A DNA stretch of 64,000 nt, from assembly GCF_004010195.1 (NCBI RefSeq), contig NC_057751.1:9183611-9247610 (forward strand). Reading direction: 5' to 3'. How positions within the stretch are numbered: the stretch's first letter is position 1; every line of letters starts with the position of its first letter. The position numbers and the translations under genes were made by a program. The DNA is from Chiloscyllium plagiosum. Its lineage: Eukaryota. Positions 11,626 through 24,347 of the stretch are shown piece by piece. The notes under the pieces are model-generated. The model saw nothing but the letters and a program-made list of their open reading frames with translations, was not told the origin of the DNA and ran no database searches.

Positions 11626-11928
11626 TGTCTTAGTAATGTGGCCGACAACAAGATGCGTTGCAGGATCTGATGACAAGTGTCAGGGGAACTATCTCAACAT
11701 TGGGAACATCTTGCACCATCTTTTATGTTTTTCACAAATAGTATGGCAAACTTCTTCTGAGGCAGTAGTGAGATGCCAAATGACTGAGACCAATGCTTGT
11801 TAGGCTCCTTGTTAAAGGCATAACATGCCTCATTCGTATTCAGCATCTCACACTACCAAACTTGCCAAACAAGCTGGACATCAGGAAACCTCAACAAAGA
11901 AACAAGAGTAAGCACTTGCACAAATCCA

Positions 11929-12146
11929 GAGTCAAAAAGTGTGGCATGGAAAAGCACAGCGGGTCAGGCAGCATCCAATGAACAGGACAATCGACGTTTT
12001 GAGTATAAGCTCTTCATCAGGAATGAAGAGCTTATTCTCAAAATGTCAACTCTCCTACTCCTCAGATGCTGCCTGACCAGCTGTGGTTTTCCAGCACCAC
12101 ACATTTTGACTCTGATCTCTATCATCTGCCGTCCTCACTTGCTCCT
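11929..12146. mobile_element. Fold-back pair of PLE termini with decayed hammerhead cores
   Basis: Inverted arms around ~12021. Degenerate TSD acttgcacaaatcca (11914-11928) / acttgcatagattca (12147-12161). Confidence 0.8.
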
Positions 12147-12959
12147 ACTTGCATAGATTCAACTCACTGCTTGCTTCAAACTACCTCCATGTTGGAAAGC
12201 TGGCACAAATATCTCAGGACACACTCCATGGACGACCAACCACATTCACTCCACCCTCATAACATTGCATTCAACATGTGCCAGTTTCTAAGAACTCTCA
12301 AGGCATATCTCTGATCCACTTACAGGACGTTTCTGCATTTCAATACTGCACTTCAATACTATCACTGCAATGTTGCAGCAAGGATACAAAAAACCCTCCT
12401 AAAAACCCAACAAAACTTGGATTTAGCCAAAAAATGTATGATTTGGTCATGTGTATCCACCTTTATGTCTCCCAGAAACATTAGGAAATGAAGGGACTTT
12501 TTAAACAAAGCAACAAAAAAAATTGATATGAGTAAAGGAGTTGCTCTTCAAAGTTAACTGGATCGAAGGTTTCAAAGGCCAGATCTTTCCATTTTTCTTT
12601 ATTTTTGGATTGTGGCCCAGAATGAAAAAAGGATATTGTTTTAAACCAAGAAAAGAGTTTTCAACCAAGATCCTGGAACTTATTATGAATTGCGTCTAGA
12701 CTGTTGCCTTCTTCAAGCAGTGGAAGAGATCTGCTGGACTTAGCAACAGTTTGGGTGTGTATTCAGGGTAGTTTTGCCCAGAGACTGGCTTTTCAATCAG
12801 GAACAATTGTATGGGTCAGGAGTGCTCAATATTGCAACTTTTGATTGTGTCCTAGGCAGGTAGTCTAAATGTGTATGAACAATACAGTGACAAAAAGCCT
12901 CCGGACGAAAAAGATAAAACTGTCTCTCTCCGTACAGAGAAGCAACGAAGAATTAGAAG

Positions 12960-14495
12960 ATAGAGTCATTGCAGAGTCATAGAGTCAGACAACAGGCAAA
13001 CAGATATTTCAGTCCAACCAGGTCCATGCTGACCATAACCCCAAACAAAACTAGTCCTACCTACCTGTGCTTTACGCATATCCCTCCAAACATTTCTTAT
13101 TTATGTACTTATCTGAATGTCTTTTAAACCTGATAACTGCACCCGCATCCACCACTTCGTCTCGAAATAAACTGCCCCCCATGTCTTTTTTAAATCTTTC
13201 ACCACGCACCTTAAAAATAAGCCCCATTGTCTTGATTTTGCCGAGAGAAAGATACCTACCATTCATTTTATATATACCTCTTAAGTTTTTATAAACCTCT
13301 GTCGTTACCCCTCAATCTCCTCTGCTCTAGTAAACAAAGTCCCAGCCAACCCAGCCTCTCCCGATAACTCAAACACTCCATTCCCAACATCCTGGTAAAT
13401 CACTTCTGAACCTTCTTCAGCTCAGTAATATCCTTCTTATAATAGAGCGACCATAAATGGACTAAGTACGCCAGAAGATTCCTCACCAAGGTCCTGCATA
13501 ACCTCAATATGACATCCCAACTCCTATACTCAAATGCTTGAGCAATGAAGGCAAGCATGGTAAACACCTTCTCAATCATCCTACATCTATGTGTGTTGCA
13601 AACCTTTAAGAATTATGTACCTGAACCCCTAAGTCCCACTGTTCTATAACACCACCCAAGGGCCTATTTTTAATTATACAAGTCCTGCCCTGGTTTGTTT
13701 TAACAAATTGCAATACCTCACATTTATTCAAATTAAACGCCATCTGCCACTCTTCAGCTTATTGACCTAAGTGATCAAAATCTCTTGGTAATCTTAGATA
13801 ACCTTCTTCTCTGTCTATCGTATCCCCAATTTTGGTGTAATCTGCAAACTTATGAACCACATTTTGTGTATTCTCATCTCAATCATTCATGTAAATGACA
13901 AACAAAACTAAACCCAGTCATGATCCCTTAGGAACACCGCTGGTCACAGGCCTCCAGTCGGAAAATCAACCCTCCACTATCACTCTCTGTCTCCCTCCAT
14001 CGAGTCAATTTTGCATTCAATTGGCACCCTTAATCTCATGTGATCTAACTTTATTAATCAGTACACCAAACGGAACCTTGTCGAAGGTTTTACTGAAGTC
14101 CAAGTTAACAATATTTACTATTCTGTCCTCAACAACTTTCTTAGTTACTTCCTCAAAAACTCAATCAAGTTTGTGAAACATTATTTCCCTCGCATAAAAC
14201 CATGCAAACTATCCCTAATCATTCCTTGCTGACAAATGCAGACAGATCCCAACATCAAATTCAGACTTCCTGGTCGATTCTTCCCAGCCTTCTCCTTAAT
14301 TCCTTCTGAAACAAAGACACAACGTTAGGCATTCTCCAGTCATCCAGAACCTCACCCGTAGATATAAATAATACAAATATTTCTCCAACGACCCCGCAAT
14401 TTCCTCCCTAACTTTGCGCAATGTCCTGGGATACACCAAATCAAGTCCTGGAAATTTATCCACCTTTATGTTTTTCAAGACCTCCAGCACTTCGC
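12960..14495 (-). mobile_element. Decayed CR1 3' half
   Basis: agagtcat repeats at the 3' tail; reverse complement of KFADYTK, GVPKGS, DFSKTFDKVP and DKFPGLD motifs. Confidence 0.85.
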
Positions 14496-15005
14496 TTTGA
14501 TTCTTCTCTATTATCTGCTGAACAAATACACCTCTATCCCGCTGCACTGGAGCACCCCGAAGTCTCTCTCCATTAAGATAATAAATCGCCGTCCCAATTT
14601 TATGATCCAAATACGTGACCTCACACTGATCCAGGTTAAATTCCATCTGCCATATTTGGCCCACTCCCCTAACCTATGTATATCCATTTGTCAGGTTCTT
14701 ATTTCCTCATTGCGGATGACCCAAAATGAGGCGGGATGGTAAATTACAAATTACAAATGTAGATTGTAAATAGTTGGGGTCCAAGAACTGAACCCTGTGG
14801 CACCCCATGAGTTCCACCCTGCCATCCAAAAAAGAAACAATTTATCCCAACTCCCTGCCTTGTGTCCATCAGCCAGTCATCTATCCAGGCTAATAAATTA
14901 CACTGTATCCCATATGATCCAACCTTGTGAATTAAACTTTTGTGTGGCACCTTATCAAACACATTCCAGAAGTCCAGATAAATTATACCGACTGCATCGC
15001 AATTA
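14496..15005 (-). mobile_element. CR1 RT fragment of a second family
   Basis: IYLDFWNVFDKVPH, GVPQGSVLGPQLFTIYI and WQMEFNLDQCEV in ORFs 14744-15010 and 14296-14664. Confidence 0.85.
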
Positions 15006-17819
15006 CCCAAGACTGATCAACCAGTCTGACAAGCACCCTATACCAGCAGTAACAAACTGAGAGGACTTGGAAAGAAGAAGATCGGAAGAGATCAGAATAA
15101 TCCAGAAAAGGCAAAAGGACACCCCATTAAGTCCTGTGGAACAGTGTTGCTTTCCCTTAATACTTCTTCTCAATCCGCATCATCTATGGGCACAACCTTG
15201 CAGAAATCTGAGCAACATGGCATATATAGCGAGATGTGTGGTCGATTTGGACAACCAGTACAACAAGGTCCACCTCATTATTGGGAGCAACTTCAGCCAT
15301 TTTAATGCGACTCACAAGCAACATGGCGAGATTTACTACTTGGCTGTTAGGAAGGCGAGAAAAGCACCTCATTAAAAATATATCTGTTAAATGGCATAGA
15401 TATGGAAACCTCAGAGCATTAATCAAAAATATGCTGGGAGAGTAACACCTGAGGCTGTACATTCAAGTTTGTCATAAATTATTTCAAAACATAAATGTTA
15501 GACAGGAAGAAAAGAAATACAGTGAAGAAAATGTAATGTTTTGAGCAGAACTCATCAAAAACATTCTTGTGACATCTTACTATTAGAAAAACATCTAAGT
15601 TTTTGAGGAAGGTTTGTGTGAATTAAGCAGTTGTACATGAGAAATTGTTCACACCTGTTTTATTATATCAATACTCATTTCAAGATGGTTTGGACATTGT
15701 GGGTGTGACAGTGCTTCATAGTTGAACTGGAAACTGCAATCGTAACAAATTGTCATCAGGATAAATACTGCAGTCCTTTATTTCATTCTCTTGCACAATT
15801 TGTAAATACATCTTCCTCCACAATACAGACATAATGCCTTTCAGATGCAACAGTAACTTATATTTACACAGTACCTTCACTGAAGTGAACCACCATAAAA
15901 TCATTTCAATGGGACATGATGGAGATGCTGAGTAACAGGACAGAACTTATGGACATGGCAGAAAGTATACATAGCTTTGAGGACACTTTGGGAGGGAAGA
16001 ACTGAAACAGAAAAGCAAGGAACTATAAGGAGCAAGTACCAGACAGGGGAATGTACCTATTTTCATTTGTGATGATGATGGTGAAGTGGTGACAGAACCG
16101 GCTACAGAAGTTTGTGTCAGGTGCTAAGAGTCTGTGGCATATATCATTGAACATAGAAACGATAATGTTGAACACAATTGGAAAGGATGAAGAGCTGTCT
16201 CTGAAATGACAGCAAGGATCAAAGAAAGAAGATGCATTCAGTAAAAATTGGATAGAATGATGATGAACGAATCATACAGAGTCGTTCTTTTTGTCTCGTT
16301 GATCCTACTAAAGGCAGATTGATAAGAGGAAATGCCTACCTTTGCCTGTCAACAGTCAGATAACATGGAAAGGGTTATATATAAACCGGCATGACTGAAA
16401 AACAGTGAGATCAGATATAATTAGCAGCACACTCTGGGGAAAAAAGCTGCTGTTGTAATGTTTGGGAACCTAATTTGGATATGCTTGTTTGATCTCTGCT
16501 TTCATGTACCAACAGTAGTGTTGGTATCACGTACCTCACAGGAGAGTGGGGATTTGGAGTCTGGCAAAAGATGTTAGCCAGGAGACTGTCTAAAACCCAA
16601 AAGTTTTGCTGATGACTATATGTTATTTATTGTTTCATCAGTGATTATATAAAGTGGGTTGGAGCTGTGCTCCAGTTTAAAAAATGTGGTTTTAAGTGTG
16701 TCATTTCAAACTGCTGGTTTTTCGATGGAGTACAATCCCACGAGGCCAGAAGCTCTCATCCTAGTGGAAGTGGGCAGTCAAGTGCTGGATTATTTATTCA
16801 AATATGGGAGCTATAGAGTTGGCCACCCTTGCTGAATCACAGGATATACACTCTTATGAATTCAATGAGTACAATGTTGCTTCTACTTTTTTTTATAACA
16901 GAATTGCTTGTAAGATGGCTGTTCACAATGAGTGATTCATGGCAGAGGTTACATATCTGTGGATAGCAGGAAGCATGTTCATATAGTATTGCACTTTCAT
17001 CCAAATTTGTGTTACATTTCCACTCAAAGTAACTTTTCATGCAAAACTTTTTTTAAAAATCTACATAATCCGTCATTTATATTGTGAGTTAGTTACTCAG
17101 GTTACATACTAAGCACATAATGGTTCTTATGCATGAGGAGTTGGTTATTCCAGTGAGTCTCTGAAAATGGATTGTAGCTGTATGAAAACGTACTTGTGTC
17201 TTAATGGTATGCATGAACACTTTCATTGTCGTTTCATTTGACGGTTCATGTGGGTGGTGTCCCTTCTTCGGAGAGTTTCATTCTCATTCCACCAGTTGCT
17301 AAGTAACAGTTGTTATTCCATTTCTGTTGTTATGAAGCTGTTGACTTCTGGTTCTGATGATTTTGGCTAGCAATGGCTGCTTTGATTGCATTTTCATATC
17401 TATAAATGAGTAAATCATCCACTGTAACTTCCAATTTGGGAAGATAACTGACTATCTCATGCTGTTCGCATTGATACTCTTCTGGAGTCATGGAAATGTC
17501 AAACAGCATGCTCACTCATTTGTATTTCCTTTACGATGACAGAAAATATTTATCAAACAGCTTCTTTTATCCAGCTTCACTTGCCAATCATCATACTTTG
17601 CATTGAAAGTATGAAATGTTTCTGCACTGGCAAGATGCGGAAAATATCCTTTGCCTTTGGCATGTGGTAGTGACGTCTTTTCATGGCTTTATTTAGACCC
17701 TGCACACCATTGCAAACTCTCAACTTTCCAAAGTTGTTTCACTGGTATCAGGCTGCTAATCTACTCCGTGGGAGGAGTCACATTCATTATTTCTCTTTTT
17801 TTCTTTACTCTGTAACAGG

Positions 17820-18145
17820 ATAAGGGCACCATTGACTAGGCAGCATTTATTGTTCATCCCTAATTGCCAGAGGGAGTTGAGAGTCAACCATTTTGTAGTG
17901 GATCTGCAGTCACATGCATGCCAAACCAGGTAAAGATGGCAACTTCTTTCCCTAAAGGATGTTAGTGGACTAGATGGGTTTTTCTGACAATTGGCAATGG
18001 ATGTATAGTAGTCATCAGATCCTGAATTCCAGATATTTATTGATTTCAAATTCCAAGATCTGCTGTGGTCAGATTCTAACCCGGGTCCCTGGAACATTAC
18101 CTAGGTCTCTGGATTAACAGTCCAGTGATAATACCGCGAGGCCAT
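17820..18145 (-). mobile_element. tRNA-headed SINE-like repeat, second family (other copies at ~55975-56536 and ~57290-57588, both minus)
   Basis: Three mutually similar ~320 bp copies with decayed A/B box-like head and 3' tail ggcaattagggatg..caataaatgctg. Confidence 0.7.
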
Positions 18146-18239
18146 TCGATCTAGCTCTTTTATCTTGTCTTTCAGGCTGGTTTTAAGAGCTGTTGGAAAT
18201 ATCCTTGGCACGTATTGAATTGGTCTTGCACTTGTATTT

Positions 18240-18520
18240 GTTCATTAGATACAGAAACAGATGTAGATCACTTGGTCCAGCAAGTCTGCTCTGACACTCA
18301 GTGAAATTATGGCTGACCGAATAATCCTCAACTTCACTTTGCACCTTATCCCCACAACCCTTGACCTATTGAACTCAGCCTGAATACATTTAACAATCAG
18401 CCTGTACGCCCTCGGCAATAAAATAAATTCCACATATTCACTCGCTTCTGACAGGAAATTCTCCCTTCTGTCTATTTTAAATGTGTCCCTTACACTGAGA
18501 TTATGCCCTCTGGTCTGAGT
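18240..18520 (-). mobile_element. Old CR1-type 3' end fragment (similar pieces at ~34540-34810 and 59230-59520)
   Basis: Mutual similarity (ctcagcc(t)tgaata..., ttatgccctc(t/g)ggt). Confidence 0.6.
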
Positions 18521-18634
18521 TCTGCCAGCACAGTTACATACTGATCAATACGCTCTGAACAGATGTCATTCATAAATCATGTTCATTTGGGGGTTCAAAC
18601 TGTGCCATCTAGACTTTTGAAATTTCTGTAGCTT

Positions 18635-19367
18635 TTTGTCTGTTCTTCAAAGCAAGTTGAGATGCAATGTGGTCTGTAATAATATCTCCCCAGCAGTGAT
18701 CTTAGTGGCAATTTTGCCATATAGCTAGAAAAGCTGCCTGATCTATTTCATGTTATCTTCATTTTAACAGGAACCATGAGAGCAAAGCTTACAGCTATTG
18801 CATGAATGACCAAATAATTCAGCTCTAGTTTGTCTGTTCTTCAAAGCAAGTTGAGATGCAATGTGGTCTGTAATAATATCTCCCCAGCAGTGATCTTAGT
18901 GGCAATTTTGCCATATAGCTAGAAAAGCTGCCTAATCTATTTCATGTTATCTGCATTTTAGATTAGATTAGATTAGATTAGATTAGATTAGATTACAGTG
19001 TGGAAACAGGCCCTTCGGCCCAACAAGTCCACACCGACCCGCCGAAGCGAAACCCACCCCATACCCCTACATTTACCCCTTACCTAACACTACGGGCAAT
19101 TTAGCATGGCCAATTCACCTGACCCTGCACATCTTTGGACTGTGGGAGGAAACCGGAGCACCCGGAGGAAACCCACGCAGACACGGGGAGAACGTGCAAA
19201 CTCCACACAGTCAGTCGCCTGAGTCGGGAATTGAACCCGGGTCTCTGGCGCTGTGAGGCAGCAGTGCTAACCACTGTGCCACCGTGCCGCCCACAACCAG
19301 GTTTAACAGGAACCATGAGAGCAAAGCTTACAGCTATTGCTTGAATGACCAAATAATTCAGCTCTAG
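18635..19367. repeat. 194 bp tandem duplication, second unit split by HE1 SINE
   Basis: Unit 1 is 18635-18828; unit 2 is 18829-18960 plus 19302-19367; the units are nearly identical. Confidence 0.95.
18961..19292 (-). mobile_element. HE1-type V-SINE with (taatc)7 tail
   Basis: Reverse complement of 9228-9538; intact A box tggcacagtgg and B box ggttcaattcc. Confidence 0.95.
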
Positions 19368-19654
19368 ATATTTCTATATTTACTCTATTTTCAGTGCTGT
19401 TTAGTACTTTTCAGTAGTTCTGAACATTGTTATGTTTCTCTTTGAGTTGTGATGCTTCAGTAACAACTCTTCAACTCTCTAACTCAATGTTACAACTTCA
19501 ACAAATACATTGCTGCTTGTTCTATCTTTTTCAGAAATGCTTGTGTTGAATTGGGTGCCTCATGGCAGAGTCTGCAAATACAGCAAGCTCAAAGGCACAT
19601 GAGTACATTTTTTGCATTTTCATCCAAACAAATGTACTCCTCTAGTAGTTGCTC

Positions 19655-20625
19655 CTGACCCACACACCACAATCAGTGAAGACTGGGGACAATATTTCAT
19701 CGTTACTAACACTCAACATTGGAGTTCCCCAAGGGTGCGTACTCAGCTCCCAACTGTACTCACTGTATACCCATGACTGCCAAATACCAGACTAATGCCA
19801 TTTGCAAGTTCGCTGATGACACCACCATAGTCGGTCAAATCTCAGATGGCAATGAAACAGACAACAGATGGGAGGTGGAAGACCTGGAAAAATGGTGCAC
19901 TGAGAACAACCTAGCTCTCAATGCCGGCAAAATCAAGGAACTCATTATTGACTTTCTGCGGGATATTACTCAGGCTCCCTGCACATTAACAGCACAGAGG
20001 TGGAACGAGTGGACAGTATCAAGCTCCTGGGAGTGGACATCCACAACAAGCTTTCTTGGACTCTTCATGTGAACACACTCGTGACAAAGGTCCAACAACG
20101 TCTCTTCTTCCTGAGGCAGCTGAGGAAATTTGGCATGACAGCGAATACCCTTGCCAACTTTTATAGGTGCGCCACCAAGAGCATTCTGTCTGGATGTATC
20201 ACTATCTGATATGGAAACTGTACCATTCAAGATCGAAGACGGTTACAGCGAGTGGTGAACTTAGCCCGGACAACTACAAAGACCAAACTCCCATCTATAG
20301 AATCCATCTACCAGGCCCGCTGTCAAGGAAAGGCCACCAGCATTCTTAAAGATCCATCCCACCCTGGCAATTTTTTATACAACCTTGGGGAGAAGATACA
20401 GAAACCTAAATGCATGCATCAGCCAGATTTGTAACAGTTTCTATCCTACTGCTGTTAGAATATTGAATGGCTCTTAACATTTGCCTGCACCTGTGTTTTT
20501 GTTTTTGCTGCTGTTTACCTATTATTTACTAATCTATGCTACTTAACTCTGTGATCTGTCTGTACTGCTCGCAAGACAAAGCTTTTCACTGTGCCTCGGT
20601 ACATGTAACAATAAATTCAATTCAA
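19655..20625 (+). mobile_element. Rex1/Babar-type LINE 3' portion
   Basis: GVPQGCVLS, KFADDTTIVG, WCTENNLALN.GKIKELIIDF, QQRLFFLRQLRKFG, FYRCA..SILSGCITIWYG; ends aataaattcaattcaa. Confidence 0.85.
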
Positions 20626-22584
20626 TAAATGATGGCCTTGTACTTAAGATGAGCCAAGTCTGCAGGTATCAAAACTCAAAGGTGCACTGTTTCCTACCTC
20701 TAAAGTTCAGTACTGAACATGGAGGTGTATTTCCCTTAGCCACCTCAATGGTGATTCTAGTACTGCAGAGCAAATATAGCATGAACAATGTTGGTCTTTA
20801 CTTAATTCGATAGGTGCACTCCACCAGTCAGGAAAACTACTGATTTCTGCCAAGTGCATTAAGCAATGATTCTTCACACATTCATTTGTTTATCTGAATC
20901 TGTTCTGTTTATCACTTGTTGATGCGTTTTATTCCTTCAGTTGCATTCTTTGCTGCGTAATTCCAAAGGGACTGTGTTTGAATTGCACGCCAACAGCCCA
21001 AACAATTGATTGCTGGAGGAGTTGTAGCCATGCCTGATTGTGTTCACAACCAAATTTTTGTACTTGACTTTCGTGCATGAATTGAAAATTCCTTGAAAAC
21101 ATGTGCAATTCAAACACAGTCCCTTTGGCAAACATTTATTCCAGAACTGTGACCAAACGGCTGACACACTATAAATCATCTAGCAGTCACAGAGCTATAT
21201 GAAAACAAGCATTTAATCTTGTATCCATCCTGAAAACTATATATGTATACATTGTATATATTTCAGCAGAGACCAGCAGACTGCAATGCAGAGCAATAAT
21301 TCTGAGTGAGCAAATTCATAGACAGGGGATACCAGATACAACTGGACCACAATTGCTGTTTTTCTGTTCGAGACCAGTTAACTACTAGATTAAGCTTGAA
21401 CCTTCACTGCCTTTGCTCAATTCTCCCCTGGGCAATGGCTGTCCCAACTAAGTCACTGAGAAGTATCATTTTTGATTTGCACAGCAACCTTTTACTTACA
21501 CTGTTACTTTTAGAAAATGAAAATCATTTGGAGTACATGTGAAAGTCGAAGAACTCAACGCAAGCAGTTGTCAGCTGCCAAGTGTGAAGTGCTTTGCCTT
21601 GTACAGCTGCATCCCAGCCAGAATTCCATTCTCATGTTAAGACAGAAGGCACTTTTCAATCACACCTATCGTCTTCTAAGTGAGAAGTGGCAGGGAACCA
21701 GTGGGAATTGATGACTTGAGACAGGAAGTTTGAGGTTCTTTTGGTCAAACATCATCTGCAGGAAACAGGTATCAGCAGCTGATACATTAAGAACCTATTG
21801 CTTGGTCTCTTTGATGTTGACTTTTGGGATTTGGGATGTCGGAATTAATTTTTTTTTGTAAATGATTATTCATGACCGGTGGTCAGTCTGTTAATAGTAT
21901 AGCGGCCCTTTATACTAATGCTCCCTTGCTTTTATTTTGGGTCTGATTATTTGCTGTATCACAACAATCAACCCAAACCACAGCTACATATCATTTTATC
22001 CTCTGGGTGAAATTTGACACAACAAGTATTAACCTCTTTGAATATTTCAGACACAGATATCCAAATGTTCCCTTTCACGTATCAAATACAATGATGTCAC
22101 ATTTCAGTGACAGTGTGGACATGGATTTAGGCAATGAATGAATATGACTTGATAGCTATTATGGAGATTGCTTACAGCATGACGGAAACTGAATGTTCAA
22201 GGGTATTTGACATTTCAGAAGAATAGACAAAACGGAAAAGGAGATGAGGTAAGCATTATTGACAAAAGAAGTTGTTATTGTGGTGCTGAATTGTGGCATC
22301 AGTAAAAAATAGATTATGATGTCGAATAAGCTTTTTCAGAAATAAGGAACAGGGAGGGAAAGAAGTCACAAATGGGAATAGTTTGTAAGCCCTGAAGAAT
22401 TGTCTCACAGTAGGACAAAGTATGTATCACAAAATAACGGAGGGACTAAGAAGGGCATTGCAATTGTCAATGGAAATTTTAATCTGTATAGTGATTGGAC
22501 AAATCAGATAGACAAGGTAACATAGAAGACAAATTGGTACAGTGCATCAGGGATTGGTTCTGAGAGCAGCACACTGCAGAACCT

Positions 22585-22764
22585 AAAACAGAAAATGCTG
22601 GAGATCACAGTGGGTCAGGTCTAGATGACTCTCAGCTCTGATGAAGGTCATCTCGATTCAAAACGTTGGCTTCTTTCTCTCCATGGATGCTGCCTGACCC
22701 GCTGTGATCTCCAGCATTTTTTGTTTTCAATTCAGATTCCAGCATCTGCAGTAATTTGCTCTGA
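22585..22764. mobile_element. Fold-back PLE terminal insertion (older family), decayed hammerhead at 22638-22667
   Basis: aaaatgctggagatcacag..ggtcagg is inverted against cctgacccgctgtgatctccagcatttt; degenerate TSD at 22571-22584 / 22765-22778. Confidence 0.7.
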
Positions 22765-22804
22765 CATTGCCGATCTTACCAGGAATAGGCTATTTTATCC
22801 CTAG

Positions 22805-22903
22805 TCTAGATTAGAGTGGTGCTGGAAAAGCACAGCAGGTCAGGCAGCATCCGAGGAGCAGGAAAATCGACGTTTCGGGCAAAAACCCTTCATCATGAAT
22901 GGC
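22805..22903 (-). mobile_element. 99 bp PLE terminal mini-insertion with hammerhead core (22869-22896)
   Basis: Perfect 15 bp TSD ctattttatccctag at 22790-22804 and 22904-22918. Confidence 0.9.
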
Positions 22904-23244
22904 CTATTTTATCCCTAGCAATATGTAAGGATTAATAAGAGATCTTATAGTCAAGAATCATCCAGGAGGCAGCAATCACAACATGGCAGAATTTAAAATT
23001 CAGTTTGAGGGAGAGCATTTTACGTCTCAAACCAGTGTACTAAACTTAAAGAAGGGCAATTACAGAGGTATGAAGAAAGAGTTGTCTAAACAGGGTTGGG
23101 AAAACAGATGAAGGTTAAGGTCAACAGATGAGGAGGAGCAGATATTTGAACAGATATCACATAACTCTTGGCAAAAATTTATTTTAGTCAAAGAAGCAGG
23201 ACTTGTTGAGAAGGATAAACCACCAGTGGTTAACAGTGGCTAAG

Positions 23245-23311
23245 CATTCCGGATGAAGGTTTATGCCCGAAACGTCGACTCTGTTGCTGTTCAGACGCTG
23301 CCTGACCTGCA
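23245..23311 (+). mobile_element. Truncated PLE terminus with mutated hammerhead core (23250-23276)
   Basis: cggatga-a-ggtttatgccc-gaaacgtc...gctgcctgacctgc. Confidence 0.75.
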
Positions 23312-24347
23312 GCATTAGGGGGTCAGATTAATTCTCATTCAGGAGTTACAAGGGGTGTGCCTTGCTTTTCAATGACTGTCTGACACTATGAAGGACTTAT
23401 CAGGATGGAAGTATAAACTCTGCATTTCAGAAGCAGCCATCATCTGATTGGATTCTTCTGTCAGAAATAGAGCCCTTTCACAGTGTAAAAAAAGGAGACC
23501 GTGGTCAACTAATCTCAAGAATCTGAAAGACTTTTAAACTGCATAAACTTCATTCTTTATATCTTACCCAGATAATGTCTCCTGTTAAAACTGATTAACT
23601 TATTTCCATTTTTAATGCCATGTCGCATTATTTTTCTCACAGTTAGGAAGTGATAAAGGTCTCTTCGTTCATTCACGAAAGCCTTTAAAGGCTTCTAATT
23701 TTAATCAATTTAATAATAATTTTTAATTGGTGTGTGATGTAGCTGCATACTGCAAAGAAATAACCATATTTGTTGTAATCAGCCAAATGAGTTAAGGTTA
23801 AAAGGAGGAGAACAGAATCAGCTTTCACCCTCTGGTCATACTGTGATGAAGATTTAGAAAATATTACTATTATTTGGGAACTAGACGAAAAAGAATTTTT
23901 AAACTTTGATTCTGTGAAGCTGACATTCTTTTGTAACGTTTGGAAAGCAATTTTAAACAGTGAGATCAAAATAGCATTTGAATAAAGTATGTGATAAACA
24001 CTAAATGACAAGATTAATTTGCTTACATCTTCATTTGGCTGAGTTTTTGAGAGCAAGAGAAACATAGGCCAGGTGCTACCAGAGTAGGTTCAGTTAACAA
24101 GAAAAAGATCTATATGAATTGAAGAACAGTTTTATTTTGGGTGTTTTGAAAGCCATCAGAGCTAGCAAGAAGTCAAAACCCGTTTTAATAGCTCAGCAGT
24201 TATGCTGGAAAGAGACCTGAGCATTTCTTAAGAGTTCAGTGAGGAAAGTCAATGAGTTAACCTGAGTCTAAGTGTCTGTGGGAGGGACAGAAAAAGTCAC
24301 CGAAAGGAAATGCTTGCAATCTTCCCAGTTGATTAAGAAATTTTCAA

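Larger units (their letters stand above)
17200..21750 (-). mobile_element. Decayed Gypsy/Ty3-like LTR retrotransposon internal region, interrupted by later insertions
   Basis: Minus-strand KLRVC...LNKAMKRRHYHMP...FHTFNAKYDDWQVKLD and MLFDISMTPEEYQ...VTVDDLLI match Gypsy RT blocks. Cys-rich gag-like remnants lie near 20900-21200. Boundaries are approximate. Confidence 0.65.
22085..23240 (+). mobile_element. Old CR1 endonuclease region carrying PLE mini-insertions
   Basis: YDLIAIMEI, KSQMGIV, GNFNL and GSNHNMAEF remnants. Confidence 0.65.

Noticed and set aside
18961..18995. (gatta)n array as CRISPR or telomeric repeat
   Set aside because: It is the simple-repeat tail of the HE1 SINE, with no spacers.
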